Source of the DNA: Chiloscyllium plagiosum | Lineage: Eukaryota | Reading direction: 5' to 3' | Length of the DNA: 20,000 nt | Assembly (NCBI RefSeq): GCF_004010195.1 | Contig: NC_057719.1 | Coordinates: 19,193,465 to 19,213,464 of the forward strand | Shown here: piece by piece, positions 1 through 10,884 of the stretch | Layout of the letters: every line of letters starts with the position of its first letter | Position numbering within the stretch: position 1 is the first letter of the stretch | Notes under the pieces: model-generated | Databases searched by the model: none | Seen by the model: only the letters and a program-made list of their open reading frames with translations | What the model was told of the DNA's origin: nothing | Translations under genes and position numbers: made by a program

Positions 1-187
1 GTGGCTGTGCACGCGACTACGACAGCAACAGATGGGTTTGCACCCTGTAAGTGGGCAGTGGAGAAGATCAGGAGCTGTCATTTGAGTTTGTTTGACACAG
101 CGCACTGGTCGGATAAGTTATGGGGTGGGGAATGGGAGCTTGGTGGGCGCAAATATTTGCTTCTGAGACCATTTTCTACAATTATTG

Positions 188-262
188 CAGTTCTGAAGGG
201 TCACTAGATGTTACCGCTGCTTTCTCTCCACTGATGTGGAGTCTCTCCAACAGTTTGTTATT
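188..262 (+). mobile_element. Decayed Penelope-like 3'-terminal fragment (degenerate hammerhead-type tail)
   Basis: cagttctgaagggtcactag..gttaccgctgctttctctccactgatg resembles the right arm at 14470-14540 (agttctgagcaagattcaccagaccagaaacgttaaacttgatttctcttcacagatg), with deletions. Confidence 0.5.
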
Positions 263-354
263 GTTTGAGATCTTCAGCATTCAGCAGTTGTTTCATTTTC
301 ATGGTACAATTATTTATTTAATACGATTTGACTGATGTCCCAGAAATGCATGAA

Positions 355-486
355 AAACTGAATCATATTTTTGAAGGACCAGCGACTCAAGGGTTATGAA
401 TTGCAGATGAGGAAGTGCAGTTGAAGCCATAACCACATGAGCCATGGTCTTATCAAATGGTATAGCAGACTCGAAGAGGAAATGGG
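355..486 (+). mobile_element. CR1-type LINE 3' tail fragment (old)
   Basis: tcaagggttatg...gaagtgcagttgaagcc...agccatggtcttatcaaatggtatagcagactcgaagagg matches the recalled vertebrate CR1 3' UTR pattern and resembles 6575-6650. It appears to continue as 'cccattc' after 1570. Confidence 0.55.
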
Positions 487-546
487 ATTCTGGATCAGTG
501 GTGCTGGAACAGCACAGCAATTCAGGCAGCATCCGAGGACAGGCAA

Positions 547-582
547 AATCGACGTTTCGGGCAAAAGCCCTTCATTAGGAAT
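547..582 (-). ncRNA. Minimal hammerhead ribozyme motif with mutated core (CUAAUGA)
   Basis: Minus strand AUUC-CUAAUGA-A-GGGC-UUUU-GCCC-GAAAC-GUC-GAUU. The conserved G of CUGANGA is A here, so it is likely inactive. Confidence 0.7.
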
Positions 583-624
583 AAAGGCAGGGAGCCTGAA
601 GCGTGGAGAGATAAGCTAGAGGAG

Positions 625-1196
625 NNNNNNNNNNNNNNNNNNNNNNNNNNNNNNNNNNNNNNNNNNNNNNNNNNNNNNNNNNNNNNNNNNNNNNNNNNNN
701 NNNNNNNNNNNNNNNNNNNNNNNNNNNNNNNNNNNNNNNNNNNNNNNNNNNNNNNNNNNNNNNNNNNNNNNNNNNNNNNNNNNNNNNNNNNNNNNNNNNN
801 NNNNNNNNNNNNNNNNNNNNNNNNNNNNNNNNNNNNNNNNNNNNNNNNNNNNNNNNNNNNNNNNNNNNNNNNNNNNNNNNNNNNNNNNNNNNNNNNNNNN
901 NNNNNNNNNNNNNNNNNNNNNNNNNNNNNNNNNNNNNNNNNNNNNNNNNNNNNNNNNNNNNNNNNNNNNNNNNNNNNNNNNNNNNNNNNNNNNNNNNNNN
1001 NNNNNNNNNNNNNNNNNNNNNNNNNNNNNNNNNNNNNNNNNNNNNNNNNNNNNNNNNNNNNNNNNNNNNNNNNNNNNNNNNNNNNNNNNNNNNNNNNNNN
1101 NNNNNNNNNNNNNNNNNNNNNNNNNNNNNNNNNNNNNNNNNNNNNNNNNNNNNNNNNNNNNNNNNNNNNNNNNNNNNNNNNNNNNNNNNNNNNNNN
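625..1196. other. Assembly gap (572 N)
   Basis: Run of N inside the Penelope copy. The 353-aa ORF in the track is an artefact of reading through it. Confidence 1.
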
Positions 1197-2262
1197 TTTG
1201 CGAAGGTTGGTAGGGTGGAAGGTGAGCACTAGGGGCGTTCTGTCCTTGTTGCGGTTGGAGGGGTTGGGTCTGAGGGCGGAGGTGTGGGATGTGGATGAGA
1301 TGCGTTGGAGGGCATCTTTGACCACGTGGGAAGGGAAATTGCGGTCTCTAAAGAAGGAGGCCATCTGGTGTGTTCTATGGTGGAACCGCTCGGAGCAGAT
1401 ACGGCGGAGGCGGAGGAATTGGGAATACGGGATGGCATTTTTGCAAGAGGTAGGGTGGGAAGAGGTGTAATCCAGGTAGCTGTGGGAGTCGGTGGGTTTG
1501 TAGAAGATGTCAGTGTCAAGTCGGTCGTCACTGATGGAGATGGAGAGGTCCAGGAAGGGGAGGGAGTTGGCCCATTCGAACATAAATCTGTTTTAGAATT
1601 AGAAGCAAAGAATAACAGAATCAGCTGTACCGCAGATGTAGCAAATGGGGAAAGTGGTAATTAGGAGACATATTAGTATAAGACCGAGCATTTTAATAAG
1701 ACTTAGTAAAATGATTTTTGGACCAGTTAGCTTCAGACAAACTAATTATGTACAGGGGTGGGGAAAAAAAAAATAAGGAATGCTGCTTTGGAGATGAAAG
1801 AATTTATCATGGAGAGAGTACAAGTTGAGTTTATCACTCAAACTTTTTGTGATGCCTGCCCTTACTAAAGACGACCCTATTAGTATTTGCTTGTAAACAC
1901 ACACAAGCCAATTAGTTCACAAAGAAACCTAACAAAATTTAGGCTCAACTTTTTGTATATAGCAATACTATGTTAATCACAAATCCACGCATGCAGATGA
2001 GGCTAGAAACAGCTAGACAACTAGGCTATGACTCAAAACATTTTATTCAATGCATTCTACAGCACACAATAGAAGAGGCTGTAAGCAAAGTATACTGAGT
2101 AAACAATGACAATCTCAATGTGCATACTAAACTAGCGCTTTCCCTCACATCTTATTAAATTTTATTTAAGTATGATGCTTCTGTATAAAATGAGAATTAA
2201 TATTGACTTCAATAAGACTCTTCCTGCACACTCCAGTTCCAAAGAAGAGTGATGAACAAAGG

Positions 2263-2355
2263 GAAGTACAGCAGAGGAACGGGCCCTTTGGTCCTCCAAG
2301 CCCATGCCGATCATCATGCCCTAATTAAACCAGAAAAAAAAACAAATCTTTTATT
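2263..2355 (-). mobile_element. CR1-type LINE 3' tail fragment
   Basis: gtacagcagaggaacgggccctttggtcctccaagcccatgccgatc resembles the reverse complement of the CR1 3' end at 12965-13010. Confidence 0.55.
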
Positions 2356-2599
2356 CAGTCCACAATTGGACTTTATGTTGTAGAAAAAGGGAGGAGGTAA
2401 CAAGTGAACAGATGCTTAAGATGATTCAAAGCCAAAGGCAAATGGAGTGCTAAATATAGTAGTGTAGAGATTTCTCGGTGTCTGATCCCAGCTCTGTCTT
2501 ACTGCATATGATTTCAATTTACTTTTACAGAGGACAGGCATGGACCTCATCAGTTCTGCAAAGTTTTCCACCTCATAATTCCCCGCTGTCCTGGCAGAC

Positions 2600-3127
2600 A
2601 TCACTTCCTCGTAGTGTGGCTATTTTTTTCTCCTCTTCAGAGTCTCTTCTTAACTACTTTCACGATTCTTCTGACTGTTTACATCAGTTCTACAATTTCT
2701 AGCTAAATCACCTCCATCCATCATAATGGCATATGCTCTCTGCTGCTTCCTTGAAAGAAAGTCTGAACATTCCCCACTTACTATCACTTTCCTCTGCTTT
2801 GCTTATTCACAATTTTTGATCAATTTCTACTTTAAGTCATCTCAAAGTAAAGAAGTGCCCTGGCTGTGGTACTTGCCTGATTGTCTCTTTGTGGGCTATG
2901 TGGTGCAATCCATATTCCAGTCCTGCTCCAGTTCCCTCCCACAACTTCCTCCAATGCACCAGTGTAACTTTCTGCACTCACCCAGATTTGGAAAAATTAA
3001 TCAAATCTGCTTCCAAAGTCCATGCATCTCACACCTCCATCTTTAACTCTTCACTTTGTTGGCTTCACAGTTTCCATTTTTGGGTAATGGACTAATTACA
3101 GACTAACCCACTCCTATTTTCCCTGTC
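2600..3127 (+). mobile_element. Old degenerate Penelope-like element, RT core (5' part, interrupted)
   Basis: Frameshifted remnants YFHDSSDCLH, ALCCFLERKSEHSPLTITFL and CLFVGYVVQSIFQS match the PLE RT pattern. The left boundary is approximate. Confidence 0.7.
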
Positions 3128-4168
3128 GATGGCCTCCTTCTTTAAAGACCATAATTTCCGTTGCCACGTGTTTGAAGATGCCCTCCAATGCATCTCATCC
3201 ACATCCCTGCACCTCCGCCCCACCCCAATAACCACAACAAGGACAGAGCCCCCCTGGTACTCACCCTCCACCCCACCAACCTCGGCATAAACCGCATCAT
3301 GTGCCGACATTTCCGCCACCTACAACTGGACTCCACCACCAGGGATATATTTCCCTCCCCACCCTTATCCACTTTCCGCAAAGACCATTCCCTCCGTAAC
3401 TACCTGGTTAGGTCAACGCCCACAACAACCCACCCTCCCCTCTTGGCACTTTCCCTGCCACCGCAGGGATTGCAAAACCTGTGCCCACACCTCCAGCCAA
3501 GGCCCCAAAGGAGCTTTCCACATCCAAAGTTTCACCTGCACATCCACCAATGTCACTTATTGTAACCGATGCTTCCTGTGCGGTCTCCTTCACATTGGGC
3601 AGACTGGACACCTTCTCGCAGAGTGCTTTAGGGAACATCCTGGGACACCCGCACCAATCAACCCCACCACCCCGGGCCCAAACATTTCAACTCCCCTCCC
3701 CCCACTCTGCTGAGGACATGCAGGTTCTGGGCCTCCTCCATCACCGCCTGATGCCTGGAGGAAGAACACCTCATCTTCCACTTCAGAACACTTCAACCCC
3801 AGGGCATCAATGTAGACTTCACCAGTTTCATTTCCCCTCCCCCCACCTTACCCCAGATCCAACCTGCCAGCTCAGCACCATCCTCATGACCTATCCTGCC
3901 AATCTTCCTTCCCACCTATCCACTCCATCCTCCTCTCCGACCTATCACCTTCATCCCCACCTCCAACCATCTTAGCTACCTTCTCCCCAGCCCCACCCCC
4001 TCCCATTTATCTCTCTATGCCAGAGGCTCCCTGCCTCATTCCTGATGAAGGGCTTTTGCCCGAAACATCGATTTTCCTGCTCCTCGGATGCTGCCTGAGC
4101 TGCTGTGTTTTTCCAGCACCACTTTAATCTGGACTCCGATCTCCAGCATCTGCAGTCCTCACTTTCGC
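3128..4168 (+). mobile_element. Younger 5'-truncated Penelope-like (Neptune-type) element: linker, Cys-rich segment, GIY-YIG endonuclease remnant and 3' tail
   Basis: NKDRAPLVLTLHP matches the copy at 1197-1370. 3453-3638 translates PCHRRDCKTCAHTS..FTCTSTNVTYCNRCFLCGLLHIGQTGHLLAECFREH (CxxxxCxxC plus a decayed GIY-YIG). Several frameshifts. C-rich 3' UTR ending ccagcatctgcagtcctcactttc. Confidence 0.9.
4038..4073 (+). ncRNA. Minimal hammerhead ribozyme motif in Penelope 3' end (stem III palindrome mutated)
   Basis: AUUC-CUGAUGA(4042-4048)-A-GGGC/GCCC stem II-GAAAC-AUC-GAUU. Other copies have GAAACGUC. Confidence 0.75.
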
Positions 4169-5350
4169 ATACACTTCCTCACACCCTACTTCTTGTAAGG
4201 AAACCATTCCAATTTCCCAATTTTTTGGTTTCCAACACAGCTTTTCTAATGGTGCCACTTTCCACAGGAGTGATTTTCATGCGCGTTCCTTTATGCTCAA
4301 AAGGACAAATTCCCACCAGTGCTCAGTAAATCTGACCCATTTCCCGCACTTCAATCTTCACCCCTTCCCCATCCCATGTGGAACAATGATAACAATAAGG
4401 TCCTCCTTGTCCTCATTTGCAAGTGTATCCTGCCTCCTCAAGAGGTCACCCACTTTCATTTCAATCACCTTCAGCAAGATGTCATCAACACATCATCCAA
4501 TCTCATCAGCATTCAGCAAGGACCATCCCCTGCATGACATTGTGGTTCTTTAGATCATTTCCATAACCTCAACAACCTCCCACACTCCCGAACCAGCACC
4601 TTCCTTTCTAGGCACAGATGTAATACTAGTCCCTTTACCACCTCATTCCTCAGTTTAAAACCAAAACTTGTATACTTTTCAATCCAGTCTAATGCATCTG
4701 CTGGTCACATTGTGATCTTGTGTACTTTGAGACCAAATGCTGACTAGGTGATTGCTTTGTTGAACATCTTTGCTCTGTCTGCAAAAAACAATCCTGACTT
4801 TGCTGTCTTTTACCATTTCAATGCATCAGTATGTGCTTAGGCCAACATCTGCAATGGCCAGCTGCAATGTTCCAGCAAAGTTCAATGCCTGCTGGATGAA
4901 CAGCAACTAATTTTCTCCTTGATTCTCTTTCCTTCTTGATTCCTGAAGGCATTTTATAGCCTTCAGGAATCAAGCGTTCAACAACTTCAGCCTACAAACA
5001 TCCTCTACTTTGATTACAACTCTCCTCCTCTGTTCTTACTGAAATGTTTGCTGTTAGTAGAGCAGACTTATTTTCTGCTATTGACACCCACCAGCAACAC
5101 TAACTCATCACTAATAGTCATTCTCTACTACCATTAGCACTCCCTTTGACTTTCATTGAGGCACCCATACCATCTGTTCTACATCCTTTGCCATCCCCTT
5201 TTTCTGCAGCATTAAAGAAATCCCATTTTTTAAAACCCCTTTAAAGGGAGGAGTCACATTGGTCTTGGAATGATAAATATTTATCTCTCCAAACAGACCT
5301 GTTGAGTTGCTCTAACAATTTTTCACATCTCCAGCCCTCTCAGTAGTTCA
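4169..5350 (+). mobile_element. Old degenerate Penelope-like element, 3' part (continuation of 2600-3127)
   Basis: Resumes at YTSSHPTSCKETIPISQF. A decayed GIY-YIG at about 4665-4780 (ETKC*LGDCFVEHLCSV) and an eroded terminal tail at about 5245-5345. Confidence 0.75.
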
Positions 5351-6574
5351 TGTCTACTTTGCTAATTGCTTCTTTCTATCGACATATATCACCAGGACAT
5401 TTGGATGCAAGAAAGGGAAGCAACAAAATAATCTAGGCAAAAGCACATGAAATCCCTGTCACTTATGACACACTCACACCAGTCTCAGACCACTTTTGCA
5501 TCAATGCAATAACACCCTCGAGTAAAAGGTTGGGAGTGGAAGAAGGTAAGTGAACGGAACATTTCTTGTGTGCTCTTAATCAAAATTGTATGTTCTTTTT
5601 TCCTCCAAAGGTAGGTCTTTTCAAGAAAAAAAATCTCTGCTTACAGTAGGTATGATGCCAAAAGGATCTCTATTATTGAAGTATAGTTGTCTTCATTTGA
5701 GCCAATGAACAAATATCAAACTGAGAACTGACAACTTTCAACGCACTTTTAGAATTAACCTTATCAAAAATTAGAATGTTTCAGGGAACCACAAAGTACA
5801 ATTCTTCATTTTCAAGTGCAGGTAAAGAGATGAGTTCTCTAAACAACAGTATTGCTCCTGCAATAAATATCAATACAGAATTCCACGCCTGGGCACAGAG
5901 ATTAGAAACTGCACAAAATGTGCTTGTATGTGAACAAAATATCAATGAGTCTCCTTTGATTGTCAAATCTTGGGATGATGTGCAAAATTTCCTTCACCAG
6001 AAGAATAAAGATCAATTCTTATCTTCACCTTATTTAATAAGAACACAGTACAAACTTTATTCCTTTCAAGTAATAAATCTCTAATTGTCAAGGTAAGGAA
6101 ACAAGGGAGAATAACTGGCATCAAGGTAAGTAATACTGCATATTGCAGAGAAGTGCTGAGAAACTGGATGTCATCACAATGAATTCATCTTCAGACTTGC
6201 AAAAGGTGCTGCTTTCAAGAGTTCAGTGATTTCAGAAACAAGTTTTTATGATAATATTCTTCTATAAAATAGAGTACTTAGAATTCTTGGGTTTGTCAAG
6301 AGTTGCAATAATACTCGTGCTCAGATTTCTACAGTGTTTAAAAGCTTTGTAGAGTACACAAAACTCTAAGTCATTACAATGCAGTCATTGTCTACACTAC
6401 AATAATTCAGGCTTGGTGCCTGTTCCAGGTAATCTACAAATCAAGTAGTTCTCAAAACAAATGTCAATCTGTGAAATGGTTTAACCACTGAAAACTGTAC
6501 CAGTTAATTTTATTTCATGTATTTAGGGCAGAGATGGACACATTTTTAAAAACAGTAAGGAAACCACATGCCAT

Positions 6575-6650
6575 GAAGACAAGGGGCAAAAGTGGAGTTC
6601 AGGATTCTTAAAATCAGCCACAATCTCATTGAATGGTGGAGCAGCCTCCT
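6575..6650 (+). mobile_element. CR1-type LINE 3' tail fragment
   Basis: ggcaaaagtggagttcagg..atcagccacaatctcattgaatggtggagcag, the recalled CR1 3' UTR pattern. Confidence 0.5.
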
Positions 6651-7285
6651 TCAGCTCCGACATCATAAGGTCTTTATGGTCATTTACACTAAAACACAAG
6701 ATAATCAGTAAATAGGATACACAATATAGCCTGCCTGGCACAAATTTTCATAGGAAGGTTCTTTATTTTGTGTAGAACATTTAACCAGTTACTTTTTACA
6801 AAAGCTGAATAAGTCATATTCTTAAGTGATCAGAATGTAAGGAAAATATGTTTACATATTCATATCACTAATAATTCAAATTTAAGTTTACAATATATTT
6901 CTTCTTTAAAAATAACATGTTCACAGTAAACTCCAAGCTACAAACTATAAATAAAGGTATAATGAAATCTTCTAGATTTTATCAGATAAAATAACCTGGT
7001 ATCCAGTGACATGCTAAATCATTGCCTGATATCCTGGGAAATCATGAGCATGAGTAGCTAATATTCTTTCGTGCAAAGCACAGGGGGACACCCCATTTGT
7101 CCATCTAGCAAAACTTGCTTCTTTCACTTCTAATATTTCTCAGGACTTGCAATTTTACATGTTGAAACTTCAAGATATTGTACATTAATGTGTTAATTTA
7201 GTTAACAGAAAAGCAGCAGAAAGGTATCAATAACTTACTCCTGGATTGTGTATAAAGAAAATCAAACTTTAAAAATGTTTCAATT

Positions 7286-7291
7286 TTTATT
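7286..7291 (-). promoter_or_regulatory. Candidate polyadenylation signal AATAAA of the minus-strand gene
   Basis: Plus-strand tttatt about 150 nt past the TAA stop at 7441-7443. A second candidate lies at 6762-6767. Confidence 0.35.
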
Positions 7292-7440
7292 TCAGCAACG
7301 CAAAGCACAACACATAAAAGTCAACATAAAAATGAGATCTTTTTCTTAAAAAAAACTAATTTTCAGAACAACTTCATTGTAAAGAATCAGACTTTAATAA
7401 AAAGTAAAGCAGAGGACAATCATAATAAGATTGCTTTTTT

Positions 7441-7559
7441 TTAACATTTACTTAGGTGTTTTCTTTTCCCATGGCCTGTCAAAACTGAGGGAGAAGTTTG
7501 AGTGCCCATTTCAACCATCTCTACTTTCTTCAAATTCCTTCTTGCTTCCGACTTCTTGG
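7441..7559 (-). CDS. Probable terminal coding exon of a host gene (basic C-terminal tail; possibly VRK1-like kinase)
   Basis: Acceptor ctttctatttaaag, phase 1, reads (A)KKSEARRNLKKVEMVEMGTQTSPSVLTGHGKRKHLSKC*. In frame with the exon at 10422-10512. An alternative donor gtaaat at 7451 is possible. Confidence 0.65.
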
Positions 7560-9302
7560 CTTTAAATAGAAAGACATCACATCTTACTAAAGAGACAAAT
7601 ATTTCTGTAGATTTTTCAAAGACAGTTATTTTGTTGCTGCTCTCTCACTTTGCACAACAAAACAACCGAGGTAACAGGAACAGTTGAAAATTAAAGAGAA
7701 GCTACTAATTAAAGACAAAAAAAAGCAAACATCACCAACTAAAATCAACAAGATGAAAAGAAAAATAAATTGGCGACATAAACATTTACAGAATATATGA
7801 AGGTTGGTTTCTTCATTTGTCAAAACTTAAACCATCACTAAATATCAGCCCCGAACCTGAAACTTGCCAAGGACACTGGCCCTGATTTTGAAACAAAACT
7901 GCCAATGCTATTACCAATCCTCTAACTGGCAGCAATTTCTGAAGTACACCAGGGGGAGTTAAATTTGAAATCCTGAAATTGCTGTCAGTAATCCTGTGTT
8001 TCCCCAAAGAATGCACTATTCAGACCTCCTCCCGTTCCCTCCATTCAGCCCCTCATTTAGTAATGGCAAACTAAATACATAATTCTTTTAAAGTTCACAT
8101 TTAAAGTTAGCTGCAAATCAATTCCATTTGAATGTTTAAAACATTTGTTAGCTAGCTATAATATTTAAAAATAAGTGGAAGATTTCAGTGTTTTTCACTT
8201 CCTGGTTTGCTCTGAGAACATTTCAATGTGACCGGTTGCTTAGTGTGCTTGATAGGATTACCTTTCTGAAAGTGTTGGGGTCTGTATGACTTGGGACCAG
8301 GTTAAAACTTAAGTTGGGGCATAAGGTAAGACAGATTTTTGTATGCAGCGTGTTTTGTGGTCAGCAGCAAGTGCTATTGATTCATGTCAACCTCAAAATC
8401 CAGCTCATTATTCTTCTTTCTTTCAATTACTAATGAATATTAGTGCAGCTCAAAGGCAAAAACAATAAAGAAATTCTCCTCTGAATGGAAATTCTAATTG
8501 AGAGAATGAAACTTGCACTTTTTAGAACCTTACCTAGCTCTTGATGACAGTTTGTCATTCTGCAGAATATAAAGAATACAATGCATGGTTTTCAGTTTGG
8601 TTTAAGTGTAATGTTTGGTTTTACAGTTCTGTAGATTAATTCACCAGCTATATACTTTAACTTTTTTAATATAGAAGAGTACATCCCCATTGTAAAAAGC
8701 CCTTCAATTGTCTATTGCTTCACATCTGCCATTAACAGACAACTCAGCAATATGTCTGCACGGTATTCTTAAATTTTGTGATGGCTTACTATAAGCTTTA
8801 AAAACCTTTCAAATCCTCAACTTCTAAGTACCACACATTAAATATGCAAACTTCAATGAACCACAAGGATTATTAAATTCAACATGAACCTGAGAAAATG
8901 CATAGATGGAATCTCCACATGTTTATTAAATTTTGTACAGTCTCCTTAAGTTTTGTTTACTGCAACAATGTCAGATTTTCCACAGGTGGTAACTGTAAAA
9001 ACTTAGAAAAATCACTCTTAAAACAAAGAAAATAATAAGCATCAAAAACTTAAGATTTTAATTTGGACATGGAAGAATTTACTGAACAGCAAGAAATCAA
9101 ATTACATATTTATGTACATTGCAAGTTACAGTCTATATAGTCAGCCAGTCTATGCTTATATATCTATGATGACACAGTAGGTGGTCACCTGGCCTGGAAT
9201 CCATGCAAATTTCTATCCCAGCTCCCACACCTCAGATTCAAATCAGCTCCATTGTTCTACTCCAATTACATGGTACCTGTACCTGTTATTTCTCTCAATT
9301 AC

Positions 9303-9960
9303 CATCAGATGCAGAGCAGAAGTAGCCATTCAACCTGAGTCCCCTCCACTTTCCTATCAACTCTCAATTCCATTATGAATTAGAAATCTGTCAATCTTAG
9401 CCTTGAATATACTTAATAGCCCAGCCTTGACAGACCTTTACGGTCAAGAATTCCATGTATTTATCAAGTAAAAATCTACTTCTTATCTGACTTAAATAGT
9501 AGACTCTTCACTTTGATACTCTGGTTCTAAATACACCTACAAGGAGAAACAACCCCTCCTGCATCTATCCTATTGATTCCCCCAAGAACCTCGTTTCAGT
9601 AAGGTCACCTCTCATTCTCCTGAAATCCAATGCATACAGGCTATTCAACTCATAAGTAAATCCCTCTGTAGCCAAACTCCATTCCATGTGAAAGTATTCA
9701 TGGTTTCCAATTCCAACAGTTTCCTAGGTCGCAAGATCATTACCAATCCCTATGCAAATAAAGTTTTTTCCTATACACCCCTGTATCTCTTGCCAAAAAT
9801 CTTTAATGTGTGTTCTTTAACGTTGACTCAGCTTTTTGTCTACTTCTTACCCATCTAAAGCCAACAATCTTGTACAGCTCTATCAGATCAGTCCGCAATG
9901 TGTTGGGCTCCAGGGACAACGATCACAGTTTCCCCAAACTAACCTTGCAGTTTAAACTGG
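9303..9960 (-). mobile_element. Old CR1-type LINE 3' fragments (probably two adjacent pieces)
   Basis: agcagaagtagccattc, agccttgaatatacttaat, gaattccat and gtaaggtcacctctcattctcctgaaatcca resemble the reverse complement of the CR1 ORF2 end and UTR (compare 12620-12900). Confidence 0.6.
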
Positions 9961-10110
9961 GGACAAAAAGTTTCCTCTTCAACTGTGTTTTATTTTTTGT
10001 TGCATTAAAAGCATCGTTAACAAAAACTACGGGAAAAAGACAGAACATTATGCTGGATTTGTAGGGGCTATTTTTTACCAAATGTCATAAGGGACCAAGA
10101 TTTAGACGTT

Positions 10111-10332
10111 TAGATCAGAGTGGTGCTGGAAAAGCACAGCAGGTCAGGCAGCATCTGAGGAGCAGGAAAATCGACTTTTCGGACAAAGGCCCTTCATCAG
10201 GAATGATGAAGGGCTTTTACCCGAAATGTCGATTTCCCTGCTCCTCGGATGCTGCATGACCTGCTGTGCTTTTCCAGCACCACTCTGATCTAAAAACTGT
10301 GGTTTCCAGCATCTGCAGTCCTAACTTTTGCT
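10111..10332. mobile_element. Palindromic non-autonomous Penelope-derived insertion with 17-bp TSD
   Basis: Inverted arms 10109-10199 and 10204-10294 around a GGAA loop, followed by a single-copy PLE tail. Flanked by accaagatttagacgtt (10094-10110) and accaagatttagatgtt (10333-10349). Confidence 0.9.
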
Positions 10333-10421
10333 ACCAAGATTTAGATGTTAACTGACATGTCCAGCTGACAATTCAAAAGGGTCTTGACTGCCTCAACACC
10401 CCAGTTTTATTGTGTTCTTAC

Positions 10422-10512
10422 CTCTTGGAGATTTTCGCATTCTTTTTCCACCCTTTAACTCAGAATCAGAGGCATTGCCTTCATGATCAACAGTCTTTGA
10501 AGCACATCGTTT
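10422..10512 (-). CDS. Internal (penultimate) coding exon of the host gene, 91 nt, phase 0 to 1 (possibly VRK1-like)
   Basis: Acceptor ctttc(t)n-aaag and strong donor GAG|gtaaga. Open frame KRCASKTVDHEGNASDSELKGGKRMRKSPR, which retains CpGs and splices in frame to 7559. Confidence 0.7.
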
Positions 10513-10884
10513 CTTTAAAAAAAAAGAAAGATATTGCTGGAGATCAATCATTGTCAGCAAAATTTTAGTCACTGTCTTTATGACATTAAATTAATTAGAC
10601 AACGCTCAGACAAACCGAGTGATCTGTGGATGAGCTAGTTTCTAGAAAATTAGTACAGGGGCTCAAAAGTTTGAAAGCAGTAACACAAGATGGAATCTTG
10701 GGTAGTGTTGTGACATCAAAAGAGCTGGAGCTTACGCCAAACTGAAGTCTTAATAAGAAAGCTCTTACACTTACTCCTAACAAAAGCAGCTACAGTACTC
10801 AAAGTTTAATTCGAACATACATTAATAAAACTTCCAAAGCATATCACATTGATTTTCAAATTCAACTCAATAGATCAAAGCTCT

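Larger units (their letters stand above)
487..1566 (-). mobile_element. 5'-truncated Penelope-like retroelement (RT C-terminus/linker and 3' terminal repeat) spanning an assembly gap
   Basis: Minus translation of 1197-1566 gives SLPFLDLSISISDDRLDTDIFYKPTDSHSYLDYTSSHPTSCKNAIPYSQFLRLRRICS, the typical PLE RT C-terminal region. 490-624 is the reverse complement of the tail seen at 4005-4135 and matches 19800-19935. Confidence 0.9.

Noticed and set aside
522..1583. 353-aa ORF as an intact protein
   Set aside because: More than half is X from the N gap, and it joins PLE coding sequence to 3' UTR.
1198..1664. Plus-strand ORFs of 90 and 119 aa
   Set aside because: Antisense shadows of the Penelope RT region.
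3481..3975. 164-aa Pro-rich ORF
   Set aside because: Off-frame reading of the C-rich PLE endonuclease and 3' UTR.
5781..5966. Minus-strand hydrophobic 61-aa ORF as a membrane-protein exon
   Set aside because: Lies beyond the likely stop and polyA signal of the minus gene, is antisense to a longer ORF, and has no recognised homology.
8534..8559. 26-nt minus segment with good splice sites (ctgcag|...TAG|gtaagg)
   Set aside because: Following the phase-1 exon it gives an immediate TGA. At most a poison exon, and unsupported.
10109..10294. DNA-transposon MITE or pre-miRNA interpretation of the palindrome
   Set aside because: The arms are PLE 3' ends found elsewhere in the window, the inverted repeats are not terminal on both sides, and the 17-bp TSD is atypical of DDE transposons.
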